Source: Tubulanus polymorphus (lineage: Eukaryota > Animalia > Nemertea). From it: a DNA stretch of 64,000 nucleotides. The stretch covers positions 11,726,655 to 11,790,654 of the forward strand of contig NC_134033.1 of assembly GCF_964204645.1 (NCBI RefSeq), written 5' to 3'. The first letter of the stretch is position 1. Every line of letters starts with the position of its first letter. Positions 31,101-46,100 of this stretch are shown here, piece by piece. Below the pieces are notes generated by a model. That model was given only the letters and a program-made list of their open reading frames with translations. It ran no database searches and was not told the DNA's origin. The position numbers were made by a program, and so were the translations under genes.

Positions 31101-34100
31101 GAAATTCGTAACAAATTGTTTTCTTTATTTCAGTAAGCATGGGATAAACCCTTAGATAACTCATCTAAATTAACTATAGGGTGCACATCTTATACGATCA
31201 ATGATTAGTATAGGTATAGTCCTCACCTTGAGCATGTAACCTTGTTTGCCCAGTTTGCTGACGTCTTGTACTCCGCAGACAACATGTGACCGAGAGGCAA
31301 ATGTGATTTCGGTAACTCGTACAGCATCGGGGCCAATAGGGAACGCTTGCACCATCAATCTTATAAACGATTTCACAAGTTCGATGTTGCGTTTACCGAA
31401 TGTGGTCGAAGTGTCCACCAAGAAGTACAAATCTATTTTCAGCTGACCTAAAACGACAGAAATTAACGAAACCATGCATCATACCTAAAACACAACATAC
31501 CAAAAGTATATTCGGTCGAAGTGGTTAAAAGCAATTTGTACTTACTTATTTCATCGGTATCTTCCCATTCACAGTCGTTATCAACACTTTTATAACCACG
31601 TGGACATCCAGTTATAGCTAGAAAATGAGGGAACACCGTTCTTAGTACACTGTACAGTTTGTTCACTTTTCATAGGGATGAGTTAAACAGTTTTTTTGAG
31701 GGTAACACAATATCGTTTGAACTTTGAAATGAAACTGGCCCCTAATAATATACCAAACAATGGTACAATTGTTACCATATTCTGTGCGTCTTTTGCAGAT
31801 GAAAATCATTTGTATCTTATAAGCAGCTATCGCATCATAAAAAGCTCAATAAACATATCTTTCTATTACAGAGAGCGTCAATGTCGATCAAGTGTAAGAA
31901 ATGAAATTTGAAGGTTTCGATACAGGCCAGACTTTAAAGGTACTTACGCAAACAAACCGCTGATTTAGTAAGGTTGTAACCGGGAGGACATCCATCCGGT
32001 TTTGGAATACATTTGCCCCCAAGCTGTACCTGGTCCGAATGACAATTCATACGTGCTACAAGAATAAATTGTGTATCAATTATGTGGCAACATCGTGGAT
32101 TCAACTTGTGGCAAGTGAAAAATCACCAGATACGACCCCGATTCCTTCTGTACTCAGAATCGTACTCAGAATAAGTATATCAATTCACGGTGAAAATCAA
32201 ACGGAGTAGAAAAATCAATATAAATGATGTGTGTTGTATTCGTGTTAAATGCATTCATTAATCAATTCGTTGTTGTGGAACGAAACTAATTCTACTTACA
32301 GAAACATTCTTTCTGATAAAGAATCATTCCTTTTGGACACCCGACAACTGTAACGATGATAACGTTAAAGATGTGACAAGGTAACAATTAAATTGGAAAT
32401 ACCCCCTTCCAAATAAAGATACTTACATTTACACTTCTTGTTTTTGATCTTGTATCCAGGTTTACAAACTAAAGAGCTGGCTGTGAGAATGATAATACAC
32501 ATGTTAGAATATTCCGCTTATGAATTAGGCGTTTTCGTTAGAACCGACGAGATGAACTTACAACAGAATTTCTTGGTTCTCCACGATTTCACGGGTAATT
32601 GTGTATCATTGCAGTTTTTCTCCAAAGCATTCAACGCCGAACATACCTATCAAAAATAAGTATCGACCATGCACAGCTCATTACGAATAGAGCCTAGTTA
32701 TCTAATTGATAATCAAAATTGGACTTAATAGTTCGTTTCATGGCCGTAAGTACAGGGGGCAAGTCACCCAATACCAAAGAAATATTTTAAATAGGGTTTT
32801 TTAAACAGCGAAATCAGTGCATAGCAAACAACATGTCTACAGATAGGGGCCTACGTGGTAGGTGGAATTTACATAAATACATATATAATTCATATAATCA
32901 AAATGCGACACGGGGATTACATGATTTATAAAAAGAGGGATTAAACTTGTTAGATGGGGAAAACATCTTAAAATTTTTGTGTATTGATTATCGGAAAAAA
33001 GACAATATATCGATCTGTGAAGGCTATCATTTTTCCAAAGGGCTAGAATCGTTCTTTTTTGATATTTGATATTTCTCAAATGAAAACGCGTTAGGAAGAA
33101 TCGCAAAATAGAAAATCTAATTCAAATTTTACCCGTTTTTGTTGATTTTCCTTCTTATTTTCCTGACAGACGAACGATTCGCACAGTCGGTAAACATCGT
33201 CAGATTTGATGCGTTTGTCCTTTATACATTCGGCGAATGGACCCGTTTTATCGAGTATATAACCACAGTATTTGTTAGTCTTGACAAGTTGCTGCAATTT
33301 CCTATCGCATTTAGGTGGAACGGCGCACCTTCGATTGATAGAAAATAAAACGCTCACAAAATATCATTCGATTCGAAAACAACTAGTGAAAACTTGTACG
33401 TATTACAAAGAAATTAACTGCGATTTTGATACACGCTGTAGAAATAAGAACATACTTTTTATTGGGATTATCGGAATTGTCCTCGACTATGAAATGCGAG
33501 GCGGGCATCTTTGGTTCGGACGACTTGATGACGTCGTCGTCTTTATTGCCGTTGCAATTTCCACAGAGTCCGATCATTTTGCCTGATAACGAAATCACGA
33601 AAGTATTCAAGGGATATTAAAGCAGAAGTAAGTCGATAATAGAATAGCAGAGCCGTGGTCTTAAATAGCAGGGTTAGTGGTTTATAAATATCGAGTTGTA
33701 GGATAAGCAATACATGTAGAACTAATGAGCTTAGACTGGTCATTGGTTGTTTGATTGGCTATTGGACCAAAATGAGAGAAACCAGCAATATATAAATCTA
33801 CTCATATCCACCTACCTGAATATTTCTTGGGCGTGTAAACTTTGAGATCGTTATCGCCGTCAAACATGACCGACACCCCGCAGTTATTTTCCACTACGAC
33901 GAACTGCTTGGATTTGGTGACGGATATATATGGGTGTATGTTCTCTATCGGTCCACTCGGCGCTGCAAACTTATCTCCGTTTTCAACCTGACCATTGAAA
34001 AAGATCATTTTAAAAGAAATCAGTACGGAATTGTATTCGAACTGCTCGTTTAGTGGAAATATTACGCGCAACCGGTCTAGTCAGGCAGGGTATCAGGCCA

Positions 34101-37100
34101 CAGTTGCGCATTTAGAATAAAGGGCAGGCAACTCACTAGAATTTGTTTGTTTTTCATGATTCGGATCGTGGTACCCATCATACTGACGTCAACAAGACGC
34201 GGACTGTTGGTGCTAGCTCCCGGGTGTTTCTCGGTCTTAACTTCGATGTTAAATGAACACTGGTCACTTGTCGTCACCGCCGTCGATTTGGAAAGAGTGT
34301 ATTTACACTCCCCGGTGAAATCGTACGTGTACTTATCGTAAGATACATATTGTTTACCGCCTTGTATATGACAGAAGCACTTATCTGTTGAAAAATGAGT
34401 AACATGAAAAATAACTTGAACATATATTGACACCTGGAGGAAAAGATTCGAGAGTTCTTTCGGTTATATTCCACCACGGTTATAAATGAACGAACCTTAA
34501 TTATACACCTTTTCATCATTATAACAGTGGGACCTCGTTATAACTAATTCGGATACCGGCGATTCATCGGATATATCAAATGTTAAATTGTGTCCCAAGT
34601 ATGAAATTTCATTTATTTACTGGGTCCCATGAGTTTCGTTGTAACGAGGTTCCACTGTAGTAACATATCTTCTTAAAGTATCAGCACATTTTGCCAAGCA
34701 ATTTGTTGGTATTCATATTGTAGTAGAGTGTGCCTACCTTTCAGTGGTTTATCGCTACCACATGAAAACCAGGAAAACGTGCTCTTCTTTTTACGCAGGA
34801 ACGTCTTTTCGTCCGCTGCGCCGGTTGATTTTTTCGACATGAAACATGTTTTCATTTTCGTATCGTAGACGATGCTGTCGCATTTGAACTGTTCGGAAGT
34901 GATGCACAAAATCGTACAGGCGGCGTGCGACCCGATCCGCAGCGTCTGGTCAAACTTTCCGACTTTATACTGCCAACCGGCGGCCGATTTTACTTCCAGT
35001 TTATCGCCTAAAGGGATAGATAAAGGTCCACCGTGAATAAAATACGTCAATCGTTAGTAGAAGTCTACTGCACATTCTTAACGATTGTTTACTTACAAAC
35101 GCATGTTCTTCCAACGATTCTCTCGTTCTTTGCGCATCTCATGGCCAAAACTAGAACAAACGACGATATGAAGACAGAACATACTTGGCATTGAAATGAA
35201 ATGTAGATGGGAATATGAAGAAATTTTCACCTCTTCTGTGAAGAGATACGCACAATATGCTTAAATACTAAAAGTTTACCACAAGTTTATACTACAAGTT
35301 TATGCTAAAGTCCTTTTTAAGTCGTTTAATAATATTGTGGGATTTTACAATTAATGTCTCATCTCGGGTATCGTGATCCACTGATTCATTACGTTTGAGC
35401 TGTACGTCTTTTCCTTTTCTATCCCGAGTGTATTCCAATGGTTTTTACTTACGGGATAGAGTCACATTCTCGACACGTATAGCTGTATTCGACAATGAAG
35501 TGTTACTGATAACCATGAAATTTGAAGTGGTTGTCAACATGGATAGTTCACTAGAAGGCACAGCGCTTAGCATTACTACGTTTACTCCTGCCTGCCAAAG
35601 TTCCGATCCTTTCTCGAGTGCTGTGTCAATTTTTACAGTTTTCCCACTACGAAATATAATCATGGCATTAAATGTTTGCATCAATAACTATGTGAATGCA
35701 TCATTATACACGTTTGTATAAATACGAATTCACATTCAATGTTTCCTAAAATCTCAACTCGGGAATCTACCTGCTGATGACCACCAATACAGTCGGTACG
35801 TTTTTACGCCTGCCAAACTTGTCACTGATCACGTGTTTTTTTATTTCTTCGAAGGCAGCTGTGATGTTAGGTTGATGGCCGGTTTGCTTTACGGCATCCT
35901 TCGACTTGCCATTGACGCACTGACTCGTTTCACACGTCAATAGATTAGTAACGATCCTTAGGTCTTTACAGTACACTGCCGTAGCTAAGTGCATTCCCAT
36001 CTTGCTGACCTATTTTATTGCGGAATCAAAGAAATTGAGCTTAAATAAAATTTTCCACGTAATGATTTCGATTCGACGTATTCGACAATTAGTGGAAATT
36101 GAAACGGGCTTCGGGATGAAAATTAGCCTGCATGCTTTTAGACATTTCTCGGATTTGCAACTGAATTGAAATGAATATATATTTCAATATTAGCCCTTGT
36201 AGCTTACCCTCCAAGCCAATGTTACAATGTTGAAAGTTCATGTCCCGCAGCCTACCTTAACATGTTCAATAATTTCTAAGAACAGTCTGGACATCGTGTC
36301 GAACTGAGGTGGCAAGCTTCCCGATGATACGTCCAACATCACGATTACATCTACTTTTCCATTAACTGCATTAGCAATTAAATACATCACGTCGTCAATT
36401 AAGGCCGTTATACCTTAGAAAAAAACCCCACCTTACTCGGTCGGGATTTGACCATAAACATTTTAGAGTTCACTGGACACTTGTTTAGAACCACGTTTAG
36501 GAAAAATAAAGATATTTTTTCGCAAAAGGTCTTAGTAGAATTCACCGAATTGACCGGTACCGAGAGTAAGGCCACGTTTAGGAAAAAATAAATATACTTT
36601 TTGCCAATAGGTCTTAGTAGAATTCACCGAATTGACCGGTACCGAGAGTAAGGTTGAGTCTACAGTAGTAAGATCGAAAAACGTTTTTAAAGATCAAACG
36701 AAATAACGCACCGATGCAAACTCCATCTTTGAATTCCATATGACCGGGACACTTGCATTCGTACGAGCCATCTTTGTTTTTACACTTTGCTCCTTTCGGG
36801 CACACATTCTTCAATTGACATTCATCAACGTCTGTTCGATTCAATAGAATACCGATAATAATTAGACAATCACAATTAGAGTACCAGCATCGCTATTGCA
36901 GCACTGCAGCAATCTTTGCTCGTTAAAACCAATTTCAATGATTACTATACGTCCTACGTACCACTGAATAGAAAATATCTTATATATTTGTTTACCTTGT
37001 CTATATATGTTGACAATGTTTGGAATCGGAGGAAATTTCGATCATGTAAAACTGACGATTTAGTCATGTCATATATGGTGTACTGGTAGCCAAATACTTT

Positions 37101-40100
37101 TATTCGAGGTTAAAAACTTACCCTCACACGACTTTGCGGTGGACAGCGACTTCGTCGAGTTCGTTGACGATTTCCCGCCGAAGACCTTTGGGGCCACCTT
37201 GCCCAGGTCACAATTCGAGTCTTGAAAAAAAAGAGATGAACAAACTATGAAAATTCTGTGTCGGTTTGAGGAGCATAAACGTGCTATTGATGTTGACATA
37301 CAAAGGAATAACGGGAACGCACACCTTGAACAAACTGAATGATGAATCTCGACATGAATAGGGTGATGTCCGTTATTTTCAGGTGGTGGTAGAATACTGA
37401 AGAAATTATCTGTTTGTAGAAAACCGTTTCGACAGTCGAGAACGCGATCATATACACGCGCGCTATACGTGACAATCTGTTCATTTCGGCCGCTGCCGAG
37501 TCCTGTGCCTCCGAAGCACCAGAACCGATAACTAAAACTATCTAGAAAGAATAGATCATTATTCAAGATTAATGTCGGACCATTTCACATCTGGGCTCTG
37601 TGTTCGACTTATCATTTTCGAATCCTCGCAGAGTCAAATTTTAGGCGAGAACCATAGAACTATTCATACTTGTTTAGAAGACGGCTTTGTACCAACGGAG
37701 AAGACCTTCGTTCGGATAGTATGGATTACAGAACCGATATTTGGTGGTTCCTGGCGACTCCGGACGACTTTTATAACGTTCAAGGCTTCGTCTTCATTCT
37801 GAAATCCAACGACAATATCAACATATTTCACAAATCGTTATCGTGTATGTTAACGTCGATACATCCATCTTGACATGAATAGGATCGCCGACATTACTTA
37901 CTGCTATATCTTTATTTACAGTTAGTGCCTTATCCGAGAATGTCACTAAAGTCAGACGGACCATCTTAGGACCAACGTCTAGTTTTTGCACAACCCTTGA
38001 AGCTAGGTCCTTAGCATTTTCGAGGATAGTCCAGGAAACTTCTTTCGATACGTCAATGACTATGACAACGTGCAACTTCATCGACACTACAATGGATTTA
38101 TGCACATCTATCGTTTTATTAAATCATTAAGAAGAGAAAAGAAGTTCTATCCAATTAATGAATATTTTACCGATGCATCCTTGTTTTGGGCTAAGTTTGA
38201 GGAGGCTGCTACAAGGACAGGCGAATGATCCTGGTAGGTTTTTACACGTCCCTCCGCGGTGGCATGGGTTACTGCCAAGACATTCGTCAATATCTATTTT
38301 AAGAGTGAAAGTATACCAGTTTATAATTGTGTTGTCTTTAGGTCTTTTAAACGATTTAGTATTTTCGACAATAGGCCTATACATTAACATTTCTGTGTTC
38401 AAATTCAAAGATAGAGCATATCGGCCAAAGCGAGTGCCAAAGGCAGTAATTAAAAGTGGATTTTGGAGTTCTTTTCAAAGAATTTACAAAATTATATCTC
38501 TAGACATGGTATATCTCGGTACTTTCAAAATTCTCAAACGTTCACAAACGATGAAATTGGTAACTCAGCACTTCACTCACCGTGACAAGATGAAGAAGTA
38601 CTGGTTCCATTCTTTTTCGCCATGGAGTAACCAAATTTCTTGCATTTATACGTATCTGAAAAAAGTCAAAATGTTAAAGAAGCATGGTTCGTGATCATGG
38701 GGTACCGGTATTTGCCCTGGGTACAGTTTCCTCGCTTACCAGTGAAAATACGTTTGAAGATCGTTACTGACTTTCTAATCCAGACGTCGGTCTGAAGAGA
38801 TGAACTTGATATGACGTTTAGGATCGGTAACCATTTTATAAGGATGTTTGCTTCGGATGCGATGGAGACAGTGTACATGCGAACCTAACACATTAACGAT
38901 TTAAAAAGAAAGTTGAATAAAGAGCTTGATAATGAACAATTGATGAAAGGCAAACACAGTTCCTAGTTTTGGGGCAACTTACTAAATCCCGTTGGGGAAA
39001 ATTCACATAGATTTCAGGCATGAATTCATACAAGCAAGCACGCGCTACCTTCGCAAATACATCGCGCTTGGTTCATTATTATATCCCAACTTGAAGAAAT
39101 CATTCACTAACCTTCATATCATACAATTTTTTAAGTTCATCCATCACTCGTATTCTGTCATTATCGATACCTGCTCCTATGTAGAGCAGAACCTTTTTGG
39201 CTTTGACTCGATGGCCGCCTGATGTCAGTGCAATTCTAGCACTTTTTACGCAGGCCTGGAGGGACCTATTCGATGGCTTTTTGTTCAAACTTTCCTCAAC
39301 TTTCGATTCAGCGCAACTGTAGTCGTTGCAGTCTTTTAATTTGTTGGCAATGACTGGTGGAGACTGGCACAGAATCGTAGTTTCCCTAAAGGATTCGGCT
39401 TTGAATGGCAGGGCGGCGACAATTACGCCAAACACTTTGAGAATGATCTTAAATCCGTTTTCTTCACTCATAGATTGAAGCTTAACAGTGCTGTCAAGAA
39501 TGATTGCCATATCAACGGCACCACTAAGGCGAACTAGAATTATAGAGGTAAATATTGTAACATAACGGATCGTTATAAAACCGCCTCTTCATTAGCTGTG
39601 CACATAACTATTAAGCCCCATACATACCTTTTGGGAACGTTACGTTGTCTGGAAGACTTATATTTGGCTGGATAGTGATCCTACTTGTATTCCCAACAGT
39701 GACTCTTAGTGAAATAGTGGTTTGTTCACCAATGTTTTCAGCGACCTCGTGAATTATCCCTTGAGGTGTAGTATTATTATCAGGTGATACGATTGATGTA
39801 CTTGATGATGGTTCAATGCACTGGGTAGTTTTAATGTCCCAGGTAGCCCTTACATTTTGACACTTACAGGATGAGATCTGCATATCATACAAGGCCGTAG
39901 ACGGACAAGGCTGACACTTGTTCATAAGATCGATAAAGTTTGGGGCGTTACAGACACATTTGTGATTCTTCAAGCTGAAACCATTCTTACAGATACACTG
40001 CCCACCAACAGAACTAGAGTATTTTGGGCAGATGCATTTACCATACTCGTCTAAGACCATATTGCCGGAACATGAAGACGGAACACATGACGTAATCTTC

Positions 40101-43100
40101 GGGTTATACATTTCTCCATTTGGACAAGATGTACAAGTGCCATTCTTGGTGTATTTGGGAGGAACGCATTCGCAAACACGCTTGAAACTATTCATCTCAT
40201 AGCCATCATTGCATTTGCACAGCATTGTTTCTGGGTCTTCGACCGAATGGCAGGGGCAGACACATTCACCTTTTTTCAACTGCTTGTTTCCTAAGCAAAT
40301 GCATTTCTTAAGAGATGAAATATATATCGCACCAGCGGGGCATTTCATTACACATTGGTTGTCAACTGCGAACTGGCCAGGAGGACAGATGATGATTGGT
40401 GAGGTTTGGGTTATCTTCTTTGTCGTTGTAGATATCTGATGTATATCCTCCGGTACACACTTCCCAGTATTTAAATCAAATATTTTTCCAGGTGGGCATG
40501 TAATAGATGGTGATTCAGTTGTTGAAAAAGATTCCGGCGTTTTGCATTTATTAGATACTGGATCAAATATTTGCTCAGGCTTACACATTACTGCAGCCAT
40601 ATCCGTTGTCCCAGAAGATGGGGATATGCTTGTTGGTCCCGGATGAACAGTTGTTACGGTTCTTGAATGCGTTGTTTGTATACTTAGTTGACAGGTTTCA
40701 GTTGATGTGTTGAATGTTTGTCCAGGAGGACAGGTAACACCTACCGGTGTAGTCGCCATAGTTTTACACGTATTCGATACAGGATCGAGTGTTTCTCCGG
40801 GTTTACATGTTACAACAGAAGAGGGTCCACTAGTTGTCGTTATTTGTTTGCACGTGTTTGTTGCACTGTCCCAAACTGATTTTCCATCGACACATTTGCA
40901 CATTTTTGTAGAACTATCGGACTGAGAACCCGTAACGCACGGAACGCATTTCTTTTGTGAATTGATATATTTAGGCGCCTTACAACTACACTTCTCTTTT
41001 TCAAGAATGAATCCATTTGAACAAACGCAAGCACCTCCATTCGGCATCGAACCGCTAGGGCAAACACATTTACCAGTTCCATCTCGGAACTTGCCACCCT
41101 TACAAGGATTCGGCTTACACGAGTGGCTGGCTTGGTCATATTGCTGACCTTTAGGGCATGTTTTACATCGTCCATTCTGTAGGTATTTCGGCTGATCACA
41201 TTTGCAAACCTTATCAACGGCGTTCATTTCAAAACCATTCTGACACTTGCAATCCGCGGATGCAGGATCGTATTTGGAATTTTGTGGACATTCGCACTTG
41301 TTATTTTTCTCGACCATTACACTAGAACATTCACACTTCGTTTTCAGTGAGTTGAAAACCATCTTCTGGTCCTTACATACGCATTCATTGTTTTTCGCAA
41401 CCATACCCGCTGGACATGGTTCTTTCGTTGGTCCTGAAGTTGGGGCTATACTCGTCGGTCCAGGGTGACCGGTTGTTGCAGATTCTGGAGGAGTGGTTTG
41501 TGTGCTCGATTGACAGGTCTCAGTCGCTGTGTTGAATGTTTGTCCAGGAGGACAGGTAACACCTACCGGTGTAGTCGCCATAGTTTTACACGTATTCGAT
41601 ACAGGATCGAGTGTTTCTCCGGGTTTACATGTTACAACAGAAGAGGGTCCACTAGTTGTCGTTATTTGTTTGCACGTGTTTGTTGCACTGTCCCAAACTG
41701 ATTTTCCATCGACACATTTGCACATTTTTGTAGATTTATCGAATTGAGAACCCGTAACGCACGCAACGCATTTCTTCTGTAAATTGATATATTTAGGCGC
41801 CTTACAGCTACATTTCTCATTTTCAAGAATGAATCCATTTGAGCAAATGCAAGCACCTCCTCTCGGCATCGAACCGCTAGGGCAAACACATTTACCAGTT
41901 CCATCTCGGAACTTGCCACCCTTACAAGGATTCGGCTTACACGAGTGGCTGGCTTGGTCATATTGCTGACCTTTAGGGCATGTTTTACATTGTCCATTCT
42001 GAAGGTATTTCGGCTGATCACATTTGCAAACCTTATCAACGGCGTTCATTTGGAAACCATTCTGACACTTGCAATCCGCGGATGCAGGATCGTATTTGGA
42101 ATTTTGTGGACATTCGCACTTGTTATTTTTCTCGACCATTACACTAGAACATTCACACTTCGTTTTCAGTGAGTTGAAAACCATCTTCTGGTCCTTACAT
42201 ACGCATTCATTGTTTTTCGCAACCATACCCGCTGGACATGGTTCTTTCGTTGGTCCTGAAGTTGGGGCTATACTCGTCGGTTCTGGATGATCGGTTGTTG
42301 CAGATTCTGTATGAGTGATTTGTGTACTCGGTTGACAGGTCTCAGTCGCTGTGTTGAATGTTTGTCCAGGAGGACAGGTAACACCTACCGGTGTAGTCGC
42401 CATAGTTTTACACGTATTCGATACAGGATCGAGTGTTTCTCCGGGTTTACATGTTACAACAGAAGAGGGTCCACTAGTTGTCGTTATTTGTTTGCACGTG
42501 TTTGTTGCACTGTCCCAAACTGATTTTCCATCGACACATTTGCACATTTTTGTAGAACTATCGAACTGAGAACCCGTAACGCACGGAACGCATTTCTTTT
42601 GTGAATTGATATATTTAGGCGCCTTACAACTACACTTCTCTTTTTCAAGAATGAATCCATTTGAACAAACGCAAGCACCTCCTCTCGGCATCGAACCGCT
42701 AGGGCAAACACATTTACCAGTTCCATCTCGGAACTTGCCACCCTTACAAGGATTCGGCTTACACGAGTGGCTGGCTTGGTCATATTGCTGACCTTTAGGG
42801 CATGTTTTACATTGTCCATTCTGAAGGTATTTCGGCTGATCACATTTGCAAACTTTATCAACGGCGTTCATTTGGAAACCATTCTGACACTTGCAATCCG
42901 CGGATGCAGGATCGTATTTAGAATTCTTTGGACATTCGCATTTACTATTTTTCTCGACCATTACACCAGAACATTCACACTTCTTTTTCAGCGAGTTAAA
43001 AACCATCTTCTGGTCCTTACACGCGCATTCATTGTTTTTCGCAACCATACCTGCTGGACATGGTTCTTTCGTTGGTCCTGAAGTTGGGGCTATACTCGTC

Positions 43101-46100
43101 GGTCCAGGGTGACCGGTTGTTGCAGATTCTGGAGGAGTGGTTTGTGTGCTCGATTGACAGGTCTCAGTCGCTGTGTTGAATGTTTGTCCAGGAGGACAGG
43201 TAACACCTACCGGTGTAGTCGCCATAGTTTTACACGTATTCGATACAGGATCGAGTGTTTCTCCGGGTTTACATGTTACAACAGAAGAGGGTCCACTAGT
43301 TGTCGTTATTTGTTTGCACGTGTTTGTTGCACTGTCCCAAACTGATTTTCCATCGACACATTTGCACATTTTTGTAGATTTATCGAATTGAGAACCCGTA
43401 ACGCACGCAACGCATTTCTTCTGTAAATTGATATATTTAGGCGCCTTACAGCTACATTTCTCATTTTCAAGAATGAATCCATTTGAGCAAATGCAAGCAC
43501 CTCCTCTCGGCATCGAACCGCTAGGGCAAACACATTTACCAGTTCCATCTCGGAACTTGCCACCCTTACAAGGATTCGGCTTACACGAGTGGCTGGCTTG
43601 GTCATATTGCTGACCTTTAGGGCATGTTTTACATTGTCCATTCTGAAGGTATTTCGGCTGATCACATTTGCAAACCTTATCAACGGCGTTCATTTGGAAA
43701 CCATTCTGACACTTGCAATCCGCGGATGCAGGATCGTATTTGGAATTTTGTGGACATTCGCACTTGTTATTTTTCTCGACCATTACACTAGAACATTCAC
43801 ACTTCGTTTTCAGTGAGTTGAAAACCATCTTCTGGTCCTTACATACGCATTCATTGTTTTTCGCAACCATACCCGCTGGACATGGTTCTTTCGTTGGTCC
43901 TGAAGTTGGGGCTATACTCGTCGGTTCTGGATGATCGGTTGTTGCAGATTCTGTATGAGTGATTTGTGTACTCGGTTGACAGGTCTCAGTCGCTGTGTTG
44001 AATGTTTGTCCAGGAGGACAGGTAACACCTACCGGTGTAGTCGCCATAGTTTTACACGTATTCGATACAGGATCGAGTGTTTCTCCGGGTTTACATGTTA
44101 CAACAGAAGAGGGTCCACTAGTTGTCGTTATTTGTTTGCACGTGTTTGTTGCACTGTCCCAAACTGATTTTCCATCGACACATTTGCACATTTTTGTAGA
44201 ACTATCGAACTGAGAACCCGTAACGCACGGAACGCATTTATTTTGTGAATTGATATATTTAGGCGCCTTACAACTACACTTCTCTTTTTCAAGAATGAAT
44301 CCATTTGAACAAACGCAAGCACCTCCTCTCGGCATCGAACCGCTAGGGCAAACACATTTACCAGTTCCATCTCGGAACTTGCCACCCTTACAAGGATTCG
44401 GCTTACACGAGTGGCTGGCTTGGTCATATTGCTGACCTTTAGGGCATGTTTTACATTGTCCATTCTGAAGGTATTTCGGCTGATCACATTTGCAAACCTT
44501 ATCAACGGCGTTCATTTGGAAACCATTCTGACACTTGCAATCCGCGGATGCAGGATCGTATTTGGAATTTTGTGGACATTCGCACTTGTTATTTTTCTCG
44601 ACCATTACACTAGAACATTCACACTTCGTTTTCAGTGAGTTGAAAACCATCTTCTGGTCCTTACATACGCATTCATTGTTTTTCGCAACCATACCCGCTG
44701 GACATGGTTCTTTCGTTGGTCCTGAAGTTGGGGCTATACTCGTCGGTTCTGGATGATCGGTTGTTGCAGATTCTGTATGAGTGATTTGTGTACTCGGTTG
44801 ACAGGTCTCAGTCGCTGTGTTGAATGTTTGTCCAGGAGGACAGGTAACACCTACCGGTGTAGTCGCCATAGTTTTACACGTATTCGATACAGGATCGAGT
44901 GTTTCTCCGGGTTTACATGTTACACCAGAAGAGGGTCCACTAGTTGTCGTTATTTGTTTGCACGTGTTTGTTGCACTGTCCCAAACTGATTTTCCATCGA
45001 CACATTTGCACATTTTTGTAGAACTATCGAACTGAGAACCCGTAACGCACGGAACGCATTTCTTTTGTGAATTGATATATTTAGGCGCCTTACAGCTACA
45101 TTTCTCATTTTCAAGAATGAATCCATTTGAGCAAATGCAAGCACCTCCTCTCGGCATCGAACCGCTAGGGCAAACACATTTACCAGTTCCATCTCGGAAC
45201 TTGCCACCCTTACAAGGATTCGGCTTACACGAGTGGCTGGCTTGGTCATATTGCTGACCTTTAGGGCATGTTTTACATTGTCCATTCTGAAGGTATTTCG
45301 GCTGATCACATTTGCAAACTTTATCAACGGCGTTCATTTGGAAACCATTCTGACACTTGCAATCCGCGGATGCTGGATCGTATTTAGAATTCTTTGGACA
45401 TTCGCATTTACTATTTTTCTCGACCATTACACCAGAACATTCACACTTCTTTTTCAGCGAGTTAAAAACCATCTTCTGGTCCTTACACGCGCATTCATTG
45501 TTTTTCGCAACCATACCTGCTGGACATGGTTCTTTCGTTGGTCCTGAAGTTGGGGCTATACTCGTCGGTCCAGGGTGACCGGTTGTTGCAGATTCTGGAG
45601 GAGTGGTTTGTGTGCTCGATTGACAGGTCTCAGTCGCTGTGTTGAATGTTTGTCCAGGAGGACAGGTAACACCTACCGGTGTAGTCGCCATAGTTTTACA
45701 CGTATTCGATACAGGATCGAGTGTTTCTCCGGGTTTACATGTTACAACAGAAGAGGGTCCACTAGTTGTCGTTATTTGTTTGCACGTGTTTGTTGCACTG
45801 TCCCAAACTGATTTTCCATCGACACATTTGCACATTTTTGTAGAACTATCGAACTGAGAACCCGTAACGCACGCAACGCATTTCTTCTGTAAATTGATAT
45901 ATTTAGGCGCCTTACAGCTACATTTCTCATTTTCAAGAATGAATCCATTTGAGCAAATGCAAGCACCTCCTCTCGGCATCGAACCGCTAGGGCAAACACA
46001 TTTACCAGTTCCATCTCGGAACTTGCCACCCTTACAAGGATTCGGCTTACACGAGTGGCTGGCTTGGTCATATTGCTGACCTTTAGGGCATGTTTTACAT

